From Bacteroidales bacterium (GTDB taxonomy: Bacteria > Bacteroidota > Bacteroidia > Bacteroidales > VadinHA17): a stretch of 54,101 nucleotides of DNA. The stretch is from assembly GCA_041685495.1 (NCBI GenBank), contig JAWLFR010000004.1:1-54101 (forward strand), written 5' to 3'. The notes below the pieces were generated by a model that did no database searches, was not told the origin of the DNA, and saw nothing but the letters and a program-made list of their open reading frames with translations. Shown one piece after another: positions 1 through 9,346 of the stretch (position 1 is its first letter; each line of letters begins with the position of its first letter). The translations under genes and the position numbers were made by a program.

Positions 1-12
1 GATAAGATTTAG

Positions 13-20
13 TAAATTTG
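13..20 (+). promoter_or_regulatory. Bacteroidota sigma-A -7 element (TAAATTTG)
   Basis: Matches TAnnTTTG, 22 nt upstream of the recF ATG. Confidence 0.55.
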
Positions 21-42
21 TAAATAAACAAGCGGAAAAAAT

Positions 43-1170
43 ATGTACCTGAGCAGGCTTAACTTATCAAACTTCAAGAATTACAGTGAGATAGATATTG
101 AATTCTCACCAAGGATTAATTGCTTTGTAGGAGATAACGGGGTAGGCAAAACAAATATACTTGATGCTATACACTACCTGTCTCTTACAAAAAGCTATTT
201 TGTGAATATTGACAGTGTGAATATAAGGCACGGGGAGGATTTCTTTATTATTAAAGGTGTTTTTAATAATTCCGGCGAGGAAGAAGAGGTTTATTGCGGA
301 CTGCAGAAAGGCAGGCGTAAGGTGTTCAGGCGCAATGGCAAGGAATATACCCGTATATCGGATCATATCGGCAGGTACCCTGTTGTTATGCTCTCTCCTG
401 CAGACAGCAGCATTATCACCGGGGGCAGCGAGGAAAGACGCAAATTCATGAATAATGTTATCAGCCAGTTTAACCGCGATTACCTGGATAATATTATAAG
501 CTATAACAAAGCTCTTAAGCAGAGGAACAGGCTCTTAAAGGATTATGCCTCAGGTGGGCTCTTTGATCGCGACATGCTCATGCTGTGGGAAGAGCAGATG
601 TATAAGCCTTCCAGTATTATTTATGAAAGCAGGTCAGGTTTTGTTGAGGAGATAATACCGCTTTTCCAGGAATACTATGATCATATCTCAGATGAAAGGG
701 AGAAGGTGAGATTAAAGTATAAATCGCAGCTGTCAAAGAGCTCGATGAAGGACCTGCTTGAGAGTAATCTGGATAAAGACAGGATCATGCGTTATACCAC
801 TGCTGGTATACACCGCGATGACCTGCGCCTGGAGATGGATGAATTCCCGATAAGGAGCATAGGGTCACAGGGACAGCAGAAATCATACCTGGTGGCCCTG
901 AAGCTTGCCAAGTTTGACTATATAAGGGACAAGGGCAGGGTTAAGCCCGTGCTGCTGATGGATGATGTTTTTGATAAGTTTGACGAGAAACGAGTTGAGC
1001 AGATAATCAAGCTTGTGGCGGAAAACAGGTTCGGTCAGATCTTTATAACGGATACTCACAGTGAGCGTATGCAGTCTGTGCTGTCAGAGATAAATATTGA
1101 TTATAAACTGTTTATGATAGACGATGGTATAAGGGAGCTGGTGTCCAATGGCAATAAAAAGAAAGAATGA
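43..1170 (+). CDS. recF: DNA replication/repair protein RecF
   Basis: Walker A GDNGVGKTN, signature GSQGQQK, Walker B LLMDDVFDKFD; 375 aa. Confidence 0.97.
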   Translation: MYLSRLNLSNFKNYSEIDIEFSPRINCFVGDNGVGKTNILDAIHYLSLTKSYFVNIDSVNIRHGEDFFIIKGVFNNSGEEEEVYCGLQKGRRKVFRRNGKEYTRISDHIGRYPVVMLSPADSSIITGGSEERRKFMNNVISQFNRDYLDNIISYNKALKQRNRLLKDYASGGLFDRDMLMLWEEQMYKPSSIIYESRSGFVEEIIPLFQEYYDHISDEREKVRLKYKSQLSKSSMKDLLESNLDKDRIMRYTTAGIHRDDLRLEMDEFPIRSIGSQGQQKSYLVALKLAKFDYIRDKGRVKPVLLMDDVFDKFDEKRVEQIIKLVAENRFGQIFITDTHSERMQSVLSEINIDYKLFMIDDGIRELVSNGNKKKE

Positions 1171-1457
1171 GAAGAAGGAAAACATTGACATTAAGCCAGG
1201 TGCTTAAGGAGTACCGGTCGGAAATGAATATAGATAACAGGCTTAAGGAAGTGAGCCTGCTTAATTCATGGGAGGATATTGCCGGACATGCCATAGCAAA
1301 ACGCACCACTAAGGTCACCATGAAAGACGGTACTTTGTTTATTTATCTCAGTTCCCCGATTGTGCGCAACGAGCTGATGATGATACGCGAGTCCCTGAGG
1401 GAAAGGCTTAATGAAGAAGCCGGGGAAGAGCTTGTAAAAGAAATTGTTCTGCGCTGA
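1167..1457 (+). CDS. DUF721/DciA-family protein
   Basis: 96 aa, W-x-x-I-x-G...LxIxLSSPIVRNEL pattern; ATGA overlap with recF. Confidence 0.8.
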   Translation: MRRRKTLTLSQVLKEYRSEMNIDNRLKEVSLLNSWEDIAGHAIAKRTTKVTMKDGTLFIYLSSPIVRNELMMIRESLRERLNEEAGEELVKEIVLR

Positions 1458-1506
1458 AGCGGCTATTATAAAAACAAGCAGGCTGGAAGCAGGTGTTGTA
1501 AAGGAT

Positions 1507-1520
1507 TCCCGGTACCGGGA
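1507..1520. terminator. Palindrome/hairpin between convergent genes
   Basis: Perfect 14-bp palindrome TCCCGGTACCGGGA directly after the ndk stop; no clear U-tract. Confidence 0.35.
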
Positions 1521-1952
1521 TCAGGTGTAGAATCTTTCGAATTCCGAGAAAAAGAAAGCGGCTTCCTTTCGGGCGTTATCCGGACTGTCGGAGCCATGCA
1601 CGGCGTTCATCTGCACCGAGGTGGCAAAGATCTTCCTTATGGTCCCCTTATCAGCCTTCAGGGGATCGGTGTTGCCGATCAGTTTCCGGAATTCTTCAAC
1701 AGCATTATCATGGCATAATATCATAGCTATAACCGGACCCGAGCACATAAATTTCACCAGCTCATCAAAAAATGGTCTTTCACTGTGTACGGCGTAGAAA
1801 GTACGTGCCTGTAAATCTGAGAGCTGTATCATTTTCATTGCAGCCAGGCGGAAACCCGATTCATTAATCATTGCAAGGATGGGGCCCGTTTTCTTATTTT
1901 TTACTGCATTGGGTTTTATAAAGGCGAAGGTGAATTCATTATGCATAATCAA
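1521..1952 (-). CDS. ndk: Nucleoside diphosphate kinase
   Basis: TFAFIKPNAV N-terminus and active-site NAVHGSDS. Confidence 0.97.
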   Translation of the reverse strand: MIMHNEFTFAFIKPNAVKNKKTGPILAMINESGFRLAAMKMIQLSDLQARTFYAVHSERPFFDELVKFMCSGPVIAMILCHDNAVEEFRKLIGNTDPLKADKGTIRKIFATSVQMNAVHGSDSPDNARKEAAFFFSEFERFYT

Positions 1953-1977
1953 ATATTTAAGTCAGACTATTAATTCC

Positions 1978-1985
1978 TATATTTG
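1978..1985 (+). promoter_or_regulatory. -7 element (TATATTTG)
   Basis: TAnnTTTG upstream of the DHH gene. Confidence 0.5.
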
Positions 1986-2002
1986 AAAATTAGTTTGATG
2001 AT

Positions 2003-3037
2003 ATGAGAAATAACACAGGTAAATATAATAAACAATTATCGGAATTACTGAATGCAGCAACTAATATAGTGCTGATAAGTCATTATAATCCCGATGGCGA
2101 TGCCATTGGCTCTATGCTTGGCATGAATCGTTACCTTCAGTGGCGCGGCAAATCGCCTGTAATGATCAGTCCGGATAATATACCCGGCTTCCTGAAGTGG
2201 ATGAAAGGCAGCAAGTCAATTGTGATTGCCAGGAATACACATGATAAGGCAGCAGCATATATCAGAAGGGCAGATCTTCTTATTATGATGGATTTTAATA
2301 ATATTGACAGGACGGGAGATCTGAAGGCTGTCATAAGTAAGTCAGAAGCAAAAAAAGTATTGATTGATCATCATCCCGGTCCGGATGTGGATGCCGACAT
2401 GGTGATTTCCGAACCCTCTTACAGTTCCACTGCAGAACTGATCTTTATACTTATAAAAAATATTGAAGGTGAGCCTTTTATTGATAAGGAATTTATTGAA
2501 CCCATATATGTGGGAATGGTTACGGATACCGGTAATTTCAGCTACGGTACATTTAACGGTGACACCCTGAGGAACGTAGCCCTTATGCTTGACAGCGGCC
2601 TTGACAGGGATGCGGTATCATCAAGGATATATGATAACTTTTCTATTAACAGACTGAGATTGCAGGGCTTTGCACTGTATGAGCGACTGGTGTATCTTAA
2701 AGACAGCTCAGCAGCATATATTTACCTGGAAAGGGATGATCTGGCGCGGTTTAAGCATGCGGTTGGTGATACAGAAGGTTTTGTAAACCTGCCTCTTTCG
2801 GTAAAAGATATTTTTATTTCTGCCCTTTTTATTGAAAAGAAGGATCATATAAAAGTCTCCCTGAGGTCCAAAGGAGATTTTAATGCCAGCCAGGTAGCTG
2901 TGAATTATTTTAAGGGAGGTGGCCACAGGAATGCTGCGGGCGGAAGATATGACGGTACAATGAAACAGTGCCGGGACTATTTTGAAGAGCTGGCTGCCGG
3001 TATAAAAGAGTCAGTAAAAAATAAGCCACCGGTATGA
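2003..3037 (+). CDS. nrnA: DHH/DHHA1 phosphoesterase (NrnA-like oligoribonuclease/pAp phosphatase)
   Basis: HYNPDGDAIGS, IDHH, TDTG and GGGHRNAAG motifs. Confidence 0.88.
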   Translation: MRNNTGKYNKQLSELLNAATNIVLISHYNPDGDAIGSMLGMNRYLQWRGKSPVMISPDNIPGFLKWMKGSKSIVIARNTHDKAAAYIRRADLLIMMDFNNIDRTGDLKAVISKSEAKKVLIDHHPGPDVDADMVISEPSYSSTAELIFILIKNIEGEPFIDKEFIEPIYVGMVTDTGNFSYGTFNGDTLRNVALMLDSGLDRDAVSSRIYDNFSINRLRLQGFALYERLVYLKDSSAAYIYLERDDLARFKHAVGDTEGFVNLPLSVKDIFISALFIEKKDHIKVSLRSKGDFNASQVAVNYFKGGGHRNAAGGRYDGTMKQCRDYFEELAAGIKESVKNKPPV

Positions 3038-3552
3038 AAAATATTTATTTATACCCTCTAGTTTTATGCCTGCTCCTGCTTGCAGGCTGTGGTGATGGCC
3101 GTAAGGAACCTGCCGGTTCAGGAAAAATAAGCCCTGAGCAGCTTACGGAGATTAACAGGCAGTTGCAGATAAAGGATCGTGAAAGAATAATCAGGTATAT
3201 AGAGAGGAAAGGGCTTGATATGAAGGAGACGGGCACAGGATTATGGGTGTCTGCTTCAGCAGCTGGAACGGGACGCATAAGTGAGGGCTCACGTGTAAGG
3301 ATTGAGTATACCTGCAGCCTGCTGGATGGCACCGTAATATATTCTTCAGATGAGGATGGGATGATGAGTTTTGAGCTGGGCAGATCGGATGTGCCAGCAG
3401 GACTCAACGAAGGCGTAAAACTACTGGATGAAGGCTCGGAAGCAATACTTATTCTGCCTTCTTACATGGCTTATGGCCTGTTGGGTGACGATAAAAAAGT
3501 ACCTTCCAGGGCTGTTCTTGTTTATGATATCAAAGTTGTGGAAGTAAATTAG
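3034..3552 (+). CDS. FKBP-type peptidyl-prolyl isomerase lipoprotein (GldI-like)
   Basis: Lipobox LAGC; FKBP core GLNEGV...ILPSYMAYG. Confidence 0.85.
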   Translation: MKNIYLYPLVLCLLLLAGCGDGRKEPAGSGKISPEQLTEINRQLQIKDRERIIRYIERKGLDMKETGTGLWVSASAAGTGRISEGSRVRIEYTCSLLDGTVIYSSDEDGMMSFELGRSDVPAGLNEGVKLLDEGSEAILILPSYMAYGLLGDDKKVPSRAVLVYDIKVVEVN

Positions 3553-3554
3553 TG

Positions 3555-3562
3555 TATATTTG
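3555..3562 (+). promoter_or_regulatory. -7 element (TATATTTG)
   Basis: TAnnTTTGCA upstream of the second FKBP gene. Confidence 0.5.
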
Positions 3563-3605
3563 CATGGTTTTTGTTAAGAGGGTGTAAAGATTATAACAGT
3601 TAAAA

Positions 3606-4103
3606 ATGATGAAGAGAATAAGAATCGAACAGGTACTGGCAATATCCATTGTAATATTTCTTATGGCAGGAATGACATCCTGTTTTAAGAACCAGGAGAT
3701 TGATGATAATGAAATGGAAAGAATACAGAACTTCCTTGATGTCAATGATTTAGATGTTGAACCCACTGAGAGCGGCCTGTATTATGTTGAGCTGATTGAG
3801 GGTACTGGTCTCCAGCCTGTTGCCGGTGATACAGTGGAGGTACATTACAGGGGTACTTTTCTTGACGGTCGTATCTTTGCCGATAATATGGATAAAGATC
3901 CTTTTCGTTTTGTCCTTGGCACCGGTCATGTCATTGAGGGATGGGATGAAGGCATTACTTATATGAACGAAGGAGGGGAGGCCATGCTGGTAATACCAAG
4001 CACGCTGGCCTATGGCACCGCAGGCACCTATGGCATCCCCGGTTATACACCCCTTGTTTATACCGTTATACTGGAAGATGTGACTCCCGGTCCAGCTCGT
4101 TAA
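3606..4103 (+). CDS. FKBP-type peptidyl-prolyl isomerase lipoprotein
   Basis: Lipobox MTSC; TESGLYY, VHYRG, VIEGWDEG, IPSTLAYG motifs. Confidence 0.92.
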   Translation: MMKRIRIEQVLAISIVIFLMAGMTSCFKNQEIDDNEMERIQNFLDVNDLDVEPTESGLYYVELIEGTGLQPVAGDTVEVHYRGTFLDGRIFADNMDKDPFRFVLGTGHVIEGWDEGITYMNEGGEAMLVIPSTLAYGTAGTYGIPGYTPLVYTVILEDVTPGPAR

Positions 4104-4115
4104 TCGACAGGACAG

Positions 4116-4136
4116 GGTCCCGGTAAACCCGGGACC
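4116..4136. terminator. GC-rich hairpin between convergent genes
   Basis: GGTCCCGG-taaac-CCGGGACC, 8-bp stem; no U-tract. Confidence 0.45.
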
Positions 4137-4151
4137 ATCCGCCATATCCTG

Positions 4152-7100
4152 CTATTCCAGTATTTTATCCAGTGTAATATTATTATCCCTGAAGAAGCCG
4201 GTGTACCTGGACCACTCTTCTTCGATAAAGGTATCAATCATCTCTTCAGCCTTATTCATGGCCTCCAGGGCATCTGTAACGGATTTTTCCTGTGTATCGT
4301 TAAGGGCTGCCGTGGCTGTATAGAGAACATTTATCCCGTACATTTCCCTTGCCAGTCCTTCCCTCCTGTCGGTAAGGGCTGAGGTAATTTCATTATATGC
4401 CTCGTTTACAGAATCATAAACTTCTTTATAAGGTTCTGCGAAGGGTGCGTCGTCAGCTATTAAATCATCCATCTTCGCAAGATCCTTTTTTATCCTGGTA
4501 AAGCTTGCGTATTTTTTGTTATACTCTTTGATTTCTGGCTGCAGTTCAGAAGCTCTTGCCCTGTTTTTCTTTATTGCATCTGTGTCTGGTTCAGGCATCC
4601 TGGGATCATTACTTACCTTAATATCCGATGATGAGCTTATACCATTCTTTGCAATACTGAGCCTGTAGTTTCCGGGCAGCACCCTGGGCCCCCTGCGATA
4701 CCTGTAATAGCGGTTCCTTCCCCCGTTATCGTTTTCTATTACCCCCGGCATCTCTGGCGGATCCATGGTAAAGTTCCACAACACCCTGTTAAAGCCTTTC
4801 TCATATCCTGTTTCCATGGTTCTCAGGGTATCACCTTCATCATCAAGCACATATATATTCAGATTCTCATCATCATTATCCATGCCTGTATAGAAAGAAA
4901 TCATTGCTGCACGCGGCTTATTATCACCTTCGTAAAGGGCATCAGCCCTGAAATAATATCCGGGCAGGTTTTTTGTTTCTGCCATAACAGCCTCCGGTGC
5001 CGTGAAAATTACCAGCTCTTTGCTGAGAAGACCTGTTTTGCTGCGTGCCAGCTCCCTCAGGGGTACTATGTCATCAATAACCCATATTGAACGGCCGAAG
5101 GTGCCTATTACCAGGTCATTCTCCCTTTCCTGCAGGGCTATATCATAGGTTGATACGGTGGGATAATTCACTGTCCACTTATTCCATGTTTCCGATCCGT
5201 CAAAGCTCACATAAAGACCGTATTCTGTACCTGCAAACATAAGTTCCGGTACCACAGGGTCCTGTATAAATGACAGTACATAGCCCCAAACATCATTATC
5301 GTCTATTATCTGCTTCCATGATTTGCCGTAATCATTTGTACTGAAAAGGTATGCATTGTAATCTCCCACCCTGTAGTTGTTTACCACAACAAATGCTTCC
5401 CCTTCATTATGCTCCGATGCGCTTACCTGTGCTATCCATGCATTTGCGGGCATTCCTTTGATATTTCCGCTGACATCTTTCCAGTTTTCGCCGCCATCCT
5501 GTGTGATATGCAGTTTGCCGTCGTCCGATCCGGCCCATATGAGTCCTTCTTTCAGAGGACTTGGCTCAATGGCCAGCAGTGTGCAGTGATTCTCAGCTCC
5601 TGTCGCATCAATGGTGAGCCCTCCGCTTTCCCTCTGCTTTTGTTTCTCAGGGTCATCAGTTGTAAGGTCGGGGGAGATTATCTCCCAGCTGTCACCCCGG
5701 TCCGTGCTTTTATGCACAAACTGGCTGCCGAAATAAATAGTATTATTATCAAAAGGATCCTGGGCAAGTGCTGAATTCCAGTTAAAGCGTAATCTTTCAT
5801 CACCCTCAGCTGCCGGCTTAATACCTGTGCCGTCTCCTGTCAGCAGGTCCACCCTCTGAAGGTTGCCCTGCTGCGACTGTGCATAGCAGTGTCTCGGATC
5901 ACCCGGTACCGGGAGGGCATCAAAGCCATCACCCCCGATAAGAAAGTCCCAGAACTCATTGATAATACCACCGTTGGTCCATGTATATGCCGGTCCGCGC
6001 CAGGAACCATTATCCTGCAGTCCACCGTAAATATTATAGGGTCTTTCATTATCAACCGCGATATGGTAAAACTGTCCCAGCGGCAGGTTGGTGATATGCC
6101 GCCATGTCTTGCCCATATCATAGGTAATTGCCAGTCCGCCATCATTGCCGTCAATCATGTGTTTGGGATTGTCAGGGTTTATCCACCAGGCATGGTGGTC
6201 TAGATGAACGCTGGCTGCTATCTCCTGTGGAAAGGTCAGTCCTCCGTCCTCACTCATCCTTACCCTTGAGTAAAGGGTATACAGACGGTTTTCGTTTGAA
6301 GGGTCAACATGGATCTCTGCATAGTAGAACGGCCTGCCACCGATATTTTCCGTTCCCCGTTTTTTCCAGCTGAAGCCTCCGTCTGTGGACCGGTATATAG
6401 CATTTGTCTCCGATTCAACATAAGCATAGATATAATCCGGCCTGTTCCTGGCTATGGACAGTCCCATTCTTCCAGTCTTTTCGGGCAGGCCTTCAGTAAT
6501 TTTTTTAAATGAGTCACCACCATCGAGACTGAGATAAAGTCCTGATCCTTCACTGGCCGAGGTAAAAAACCATGGCCACCTCTGGTGATCCCACATGGCT
6601 ACCAGTATCTTATCCGGATTATCAGGGTCCATAATCATATCGGCAACGCCGGACCTGTTATTGGTAAACAGTATCTGTTCCCATGTATCACCACCGTTGG
6701 TGGACCTGTACAGGCCCCTTTCACTGTTTGGTCCCCATGGGCTTCCTATAGCCCCGGCATACACTATATCGCTGTTATCAGGATTTACCAGTATCCTGTG
6801 GATATGCCTGGTTTTTTCCAGTCCAGACAGCTCCCATGTTTTACCTGCATCCAGACTTTTATATATACCATAGCCTCCTGTTACACTGTTCCTGGGGTTT
6901 CCCTCACCCGTGCCGGCCCAGATAATATCAGGGCGCAGAGGGTCTATGGCCAGGGCCCCTATTGAAGCCACTTCCTGATCGTCAAATACAGGCTCAAAAT
7001 CTATGCCCCCGCTGCTTGTCTTCCATAAACCGCCCGAAGCTGTTCCTACATAAAAAACCTCGGTATTTTTATTATCCACGGCTATAGCCGTTACACGTCC

Positions 7101-7229
7101 GCTCATACCTGCCGGACCAATATTTCTGGGTTTAATACCGTGAAAAAGGTCCATATCGACCTCCTGGGCCTGACTGATAAGCAAGAGGCCCGTTAACAGT
7201 AAAGTAATTGATGCTTTTTTCACTAACAT
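4152..7229 (-). CDS. Secreted VPS10/sortilin-like BNR-repeat beta-propeller protein (putative glycosyl hydrolase)
   Basis: Signal peptide; RNIGPAGMSGRV start; many Asp-box repeats (S/T-x-D-G-G-x-x-W); helical C-terminus. Confidence 0.8.
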   Translation of the reverse strand: MLVKKASITLLLTGLLLISQAQEVDMDLFHGIKPRNIGPAGMSGRVTAIAVDNKNTEVFYVGTASGGLWKTSSGGIDFEPVFDDQEVASIGALAIDPLRPDIIWAGTGEGNPRNSVTGGYGIYKSLDAGKTWELSGLEKTRHIHRILVNPDNSDIVYAGAIGSPWGPNSERGLYRSTNGGDTWEQILFTNNRSGVADMIMDPDNPDKILVAMWDHQRWPWFFTSASEGSGLYLSLDGGDSFKKITEGLPEKTGRMGLSIARNRPDYIYAYVESETNAIYRSTDGGFSWKKRGTENIGGRPFYYAEIHVDPSNENRLYTLYSRVRMSEDGGLTFPQEIAASVHLDHHAWWINPDNPKHMIDGNDGGLAITYDMGKTWRHITNLPLGQFYHIAVDNERPYNIYGGLQDNGSWRGPAYTWTNGGIINEFWDFLIGGDGFDALPVPGDPRHCYAQSQQGNLQRVDLLTGDGTGIKPAAEGDERLRFNWNSALAQDPFDNNTIYFGSQFVHKSTDRGDSWEIISPDLTTDDPEKQKQRESGGLTIDATGAENHCTLLAIEPSPLKEGLIWAGSDDGKLHITQDGGENWKDVSGNIKGMPANAWIAQVSASEHNEGEAFVVVNNYRVGDYNAYLFSTNDYGKSWKQIIDDNDVWGYVLSFIQDPVVPELMFAGTEYGLYVSFDGSETWNKWTVNYPTVSTYDIALQERENDLVIGTFGRSIWVIDDIVPLRELARSKTGLLSKELVIFTAPEAVMAETKNLPGYYFRADALYEGDNKPRAAMISFYTGMDNDDENLNIYVLDDEGDTLRTMETGYEKGFNRVLWNFTMDPPEMPGVIENDNGGRNRYYRYRRGPRVLPGNYRLSIAKNGISSSSDIKVSNDPRMPEPDTDAIKKNRARASELQPEIKEYNKKYASFTRIKKDLAKMDDLIADDAPFAEPYKEVYDSVNEAYNEITSALTDRREGLAREMYGINVLYTATAALNDTQEKSVTDALEAMNKAEEMIDTFIEEEWSRYTGFFRDNNITLDKILE

Positions 7230-7409
7230 TAGTCTTAGGATTTAATTATTAGACTGGCAATTTATTAAAAAGAATCCACTCTGTGCTTCGTATCATTCAT
7301 GTTTAAGAATACAAAAACCACTATACATCATATGTTAATTGATTAATAATGGGAGGGAGGACATACACCAGCCGGAAAAACCTGGCAGCAGCTAGGTAAA
7401 AAACTGGCA

Positions 7410-8111
7410 TCAGCCAATAATAAAGATAGCGGGTTTCTTATTGATATCAGGCAGGCCTCTTCTTTTCCATTCATAAGCCGGCATGGTCATTATTAATTCA
7501 TCAGGATGGCTTATATTGGAAGCAACACACAGGAGGCTGTCATCACTCATATTATATGTAAGGTCATGCAGCATTTTCATATTGCGATAGGGTGTTTCCA
7601 TAAATATCTGGCTCTGTCCTTTGCGGGCCAGGCTTTCAAGCCTTTTTATTTCCCTTACTCTTCCCGGCCTGTCAACAGGCAGGTAACCGTTAAAAGCAAA
7701 ATTCTGACCGTTGAGTCCTGATGCCATAAGAGCAAGAAATATGGATGAAGGTCCGCTTAAGGGCACCACCCTGTACCTGTTCTCATGGGCAATCCTCACC
7801 AGGTCTGATCCCGGATCGGCAACCCCCGGCAGGCCGGCTTCACTCAACAGACCTGTATCTTCACCCTTCCTTATATAAGAGAACATATCTTCAATATCAG
7901 CGGGAGGGGTATGTTTGTTGAGTATCATAAATTCACAATCGTCTATAGGGAATAAGGGATCTGTCAGGCGGAGATACCTGCGTGCACTGCGTATGTCTTC
8001 AACAATAAAGACCCTGAGTGATCCGATTATTTCCAGGACCCCTGCTGGTATTACGTAATTATAATCGGTCGATCCGAGTGTTACAGGTATAAGGTATAGT
8101 TTTCCGTTCAC
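7410..8111 (-). CDS. RsmI-like tetrapyrrole-methylase-family SAM-dependent methyltransferase
   Basis: GKLYLIP, EDIR, SEAGLPGVADPG, GPSS and FMETPYR motifs; GTG start. Confidence 0.85.
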   Translation of the reverse strand: MNGKLYLIPVTLGSTDYNYVIPAGVLEIIGSLRVFIVEDIRSARRYLRLTDPLFPIDDCEFMILNKHTPPADIEDMFSYIRKGEDTGLLSEAGLPGVADPGSDLVRIAHENRYRVVPLSGPSSIFLALMASGLNGQNFAFNGYLPVDRPGRVREIKRLESLARKGQSQIFMETPYRNMKMLHDLTYNMSDDSLLCVASNISHPDELIMTMPAYEWKRRGLPDINKKPAIFIIG

Positions 8112-8216
8112 GTCATTGTGTTTTGCCCGAAAATACTAAAAATACCTTTATGGTGAATGACTGCATTTTAAAAACGGATTTTTTTGACTTATTTTGAATG
8201 ATTAAAACAGCTGGTT

Positions 8217-8978
8217 GTGAGAATAACATTTTTAGGTACCGGGACTTCACAGGGCGTGCCTGTTATTGCATGTGATTGCCTTACATGCAGGTCGCAGGAT
8301 GAGAGGGATAAGAGGCTCAGGACATCACTGCTTGTTGAAGCGGATGATCAGAACATAGTTATCGATGCCGGTCCGGATTTCAGGCAGCAGATGCTGAGGG
8401 CAGATGTTAAAAGCCTTCGGAGCATATTGCTTACACATGAGCACAAGGACCATATCGGTGGTATGGATGATGTAAGGGCTTATAATTATATCAGCAAGGA
8501 ACCCATAGATATTTATTCGGATGAAAGAGTACAGGAAGCCATCAAAAGAACTTACCCCTATGTTTTCGCTGAGAATAAATATCCCGGGGTGCCCCAGATG
8601 AACCTTATAACAATAGGGGATGAGCCCTTCCGTGCAGGCAGTGTGGAGGTAGTGCCCGTAAGGGTATATCATTACAGGTTGCCTGTTTATGGCTTCCGTT
8701 TCGGGGATTTCGCTTATATAACCGATGCCAACTATATTTCAGCTGATAACAGGAATAAACTTATAGGTGTTAAATACCTTGTTGTTAATGCGCTGAGAAA
8801 AGAAAAGCATATATCTCATTTTAACCTCAGGGAGGCCCTGCAGCTTATTGATGAGATATCTCCAAGGAAGGCTTTTATCACACATATAAGTCACCAGATG
8901 GGCCTGCATAAAGAAGTTTCACGGGAATTACCTGCCAGTGTTTCCCTGGCTTATGATGGTCTGGTGGTTGATGTTTGA
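8217..8978 (+). CDS. Metallo-beta-lactamase-fold hydrolase (PhnP-like)
   Basis: FLGTGTSQGVP, CxCxxC, THEHKDHIGG, THISH motifs. Confidence 0.92.
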   Translation: MRITFLGTGTSQGVPVIACDCLTCRSQDERDKRLRTSLLVEADDQNIVIDAGPDFRQQMLRADVKSLRSILLTHEHKDHIGGMDDVRAYNYISKEPIDIYSDERVQEAIKRTYPYVFAENKYPGVPQMNLITIGDEPFRAGSVEVVPVRVYHYRLPVYGFRFGDFAYITDANYISADNRNKLIGVKYLVVNALRKEKHISHFNLREALQLIDEISPRKAFITHISHQMGLHKEVSRELPASVSLAYDGLVVDV

Positions 8979-8989
8979 GTAATAAATTA

Positions 8990-9187
8990 TCAGTATCGTT
9001 TCTTCCTGTAGTTTCTTTTAAGCTTTTTCTGGTATGAGTTTGAGAAAAAATATTTATTCCTGCCCAGCTGGGTTGTGCTGACATGAGTATTCCGCTTCTT
9101 TTTGGCATATGGGTTCTGCCGTGAGGCAAAGCAGGAGGACATCAGGATGGCAATAAATATAATCAATAAGTACTTCAGGTACTTCAT
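8990..9187 (-). CDS. Small, highly basic putative lipoprotein
   Basis: Fills an intergenic gap; K-rich n-region, hydrophobic h-region, MSS-C lipobox. Confidence 0.65.
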   Translation of the reverse strand: MKYLKYLLIIFIAILMSSCFASRQNPYAKKKRNTHVSTTQLGRNKYFFSNSYQKKLKRNYRKKRY

Positions 9188-9346
9188 GGTTTTATTTGCG
9201 GTTTAATTTTTGTACTAAGTTAGTTAAAAGTACAAATATTTTAATTAAATATTCAGAACAACATCTATATTTACGGATGCAGCTGAAAAAAGTTATATAA
9301 AGACAGTGATTTTTTTTAATAAACAGCAAATTATTACACGCAAGAG

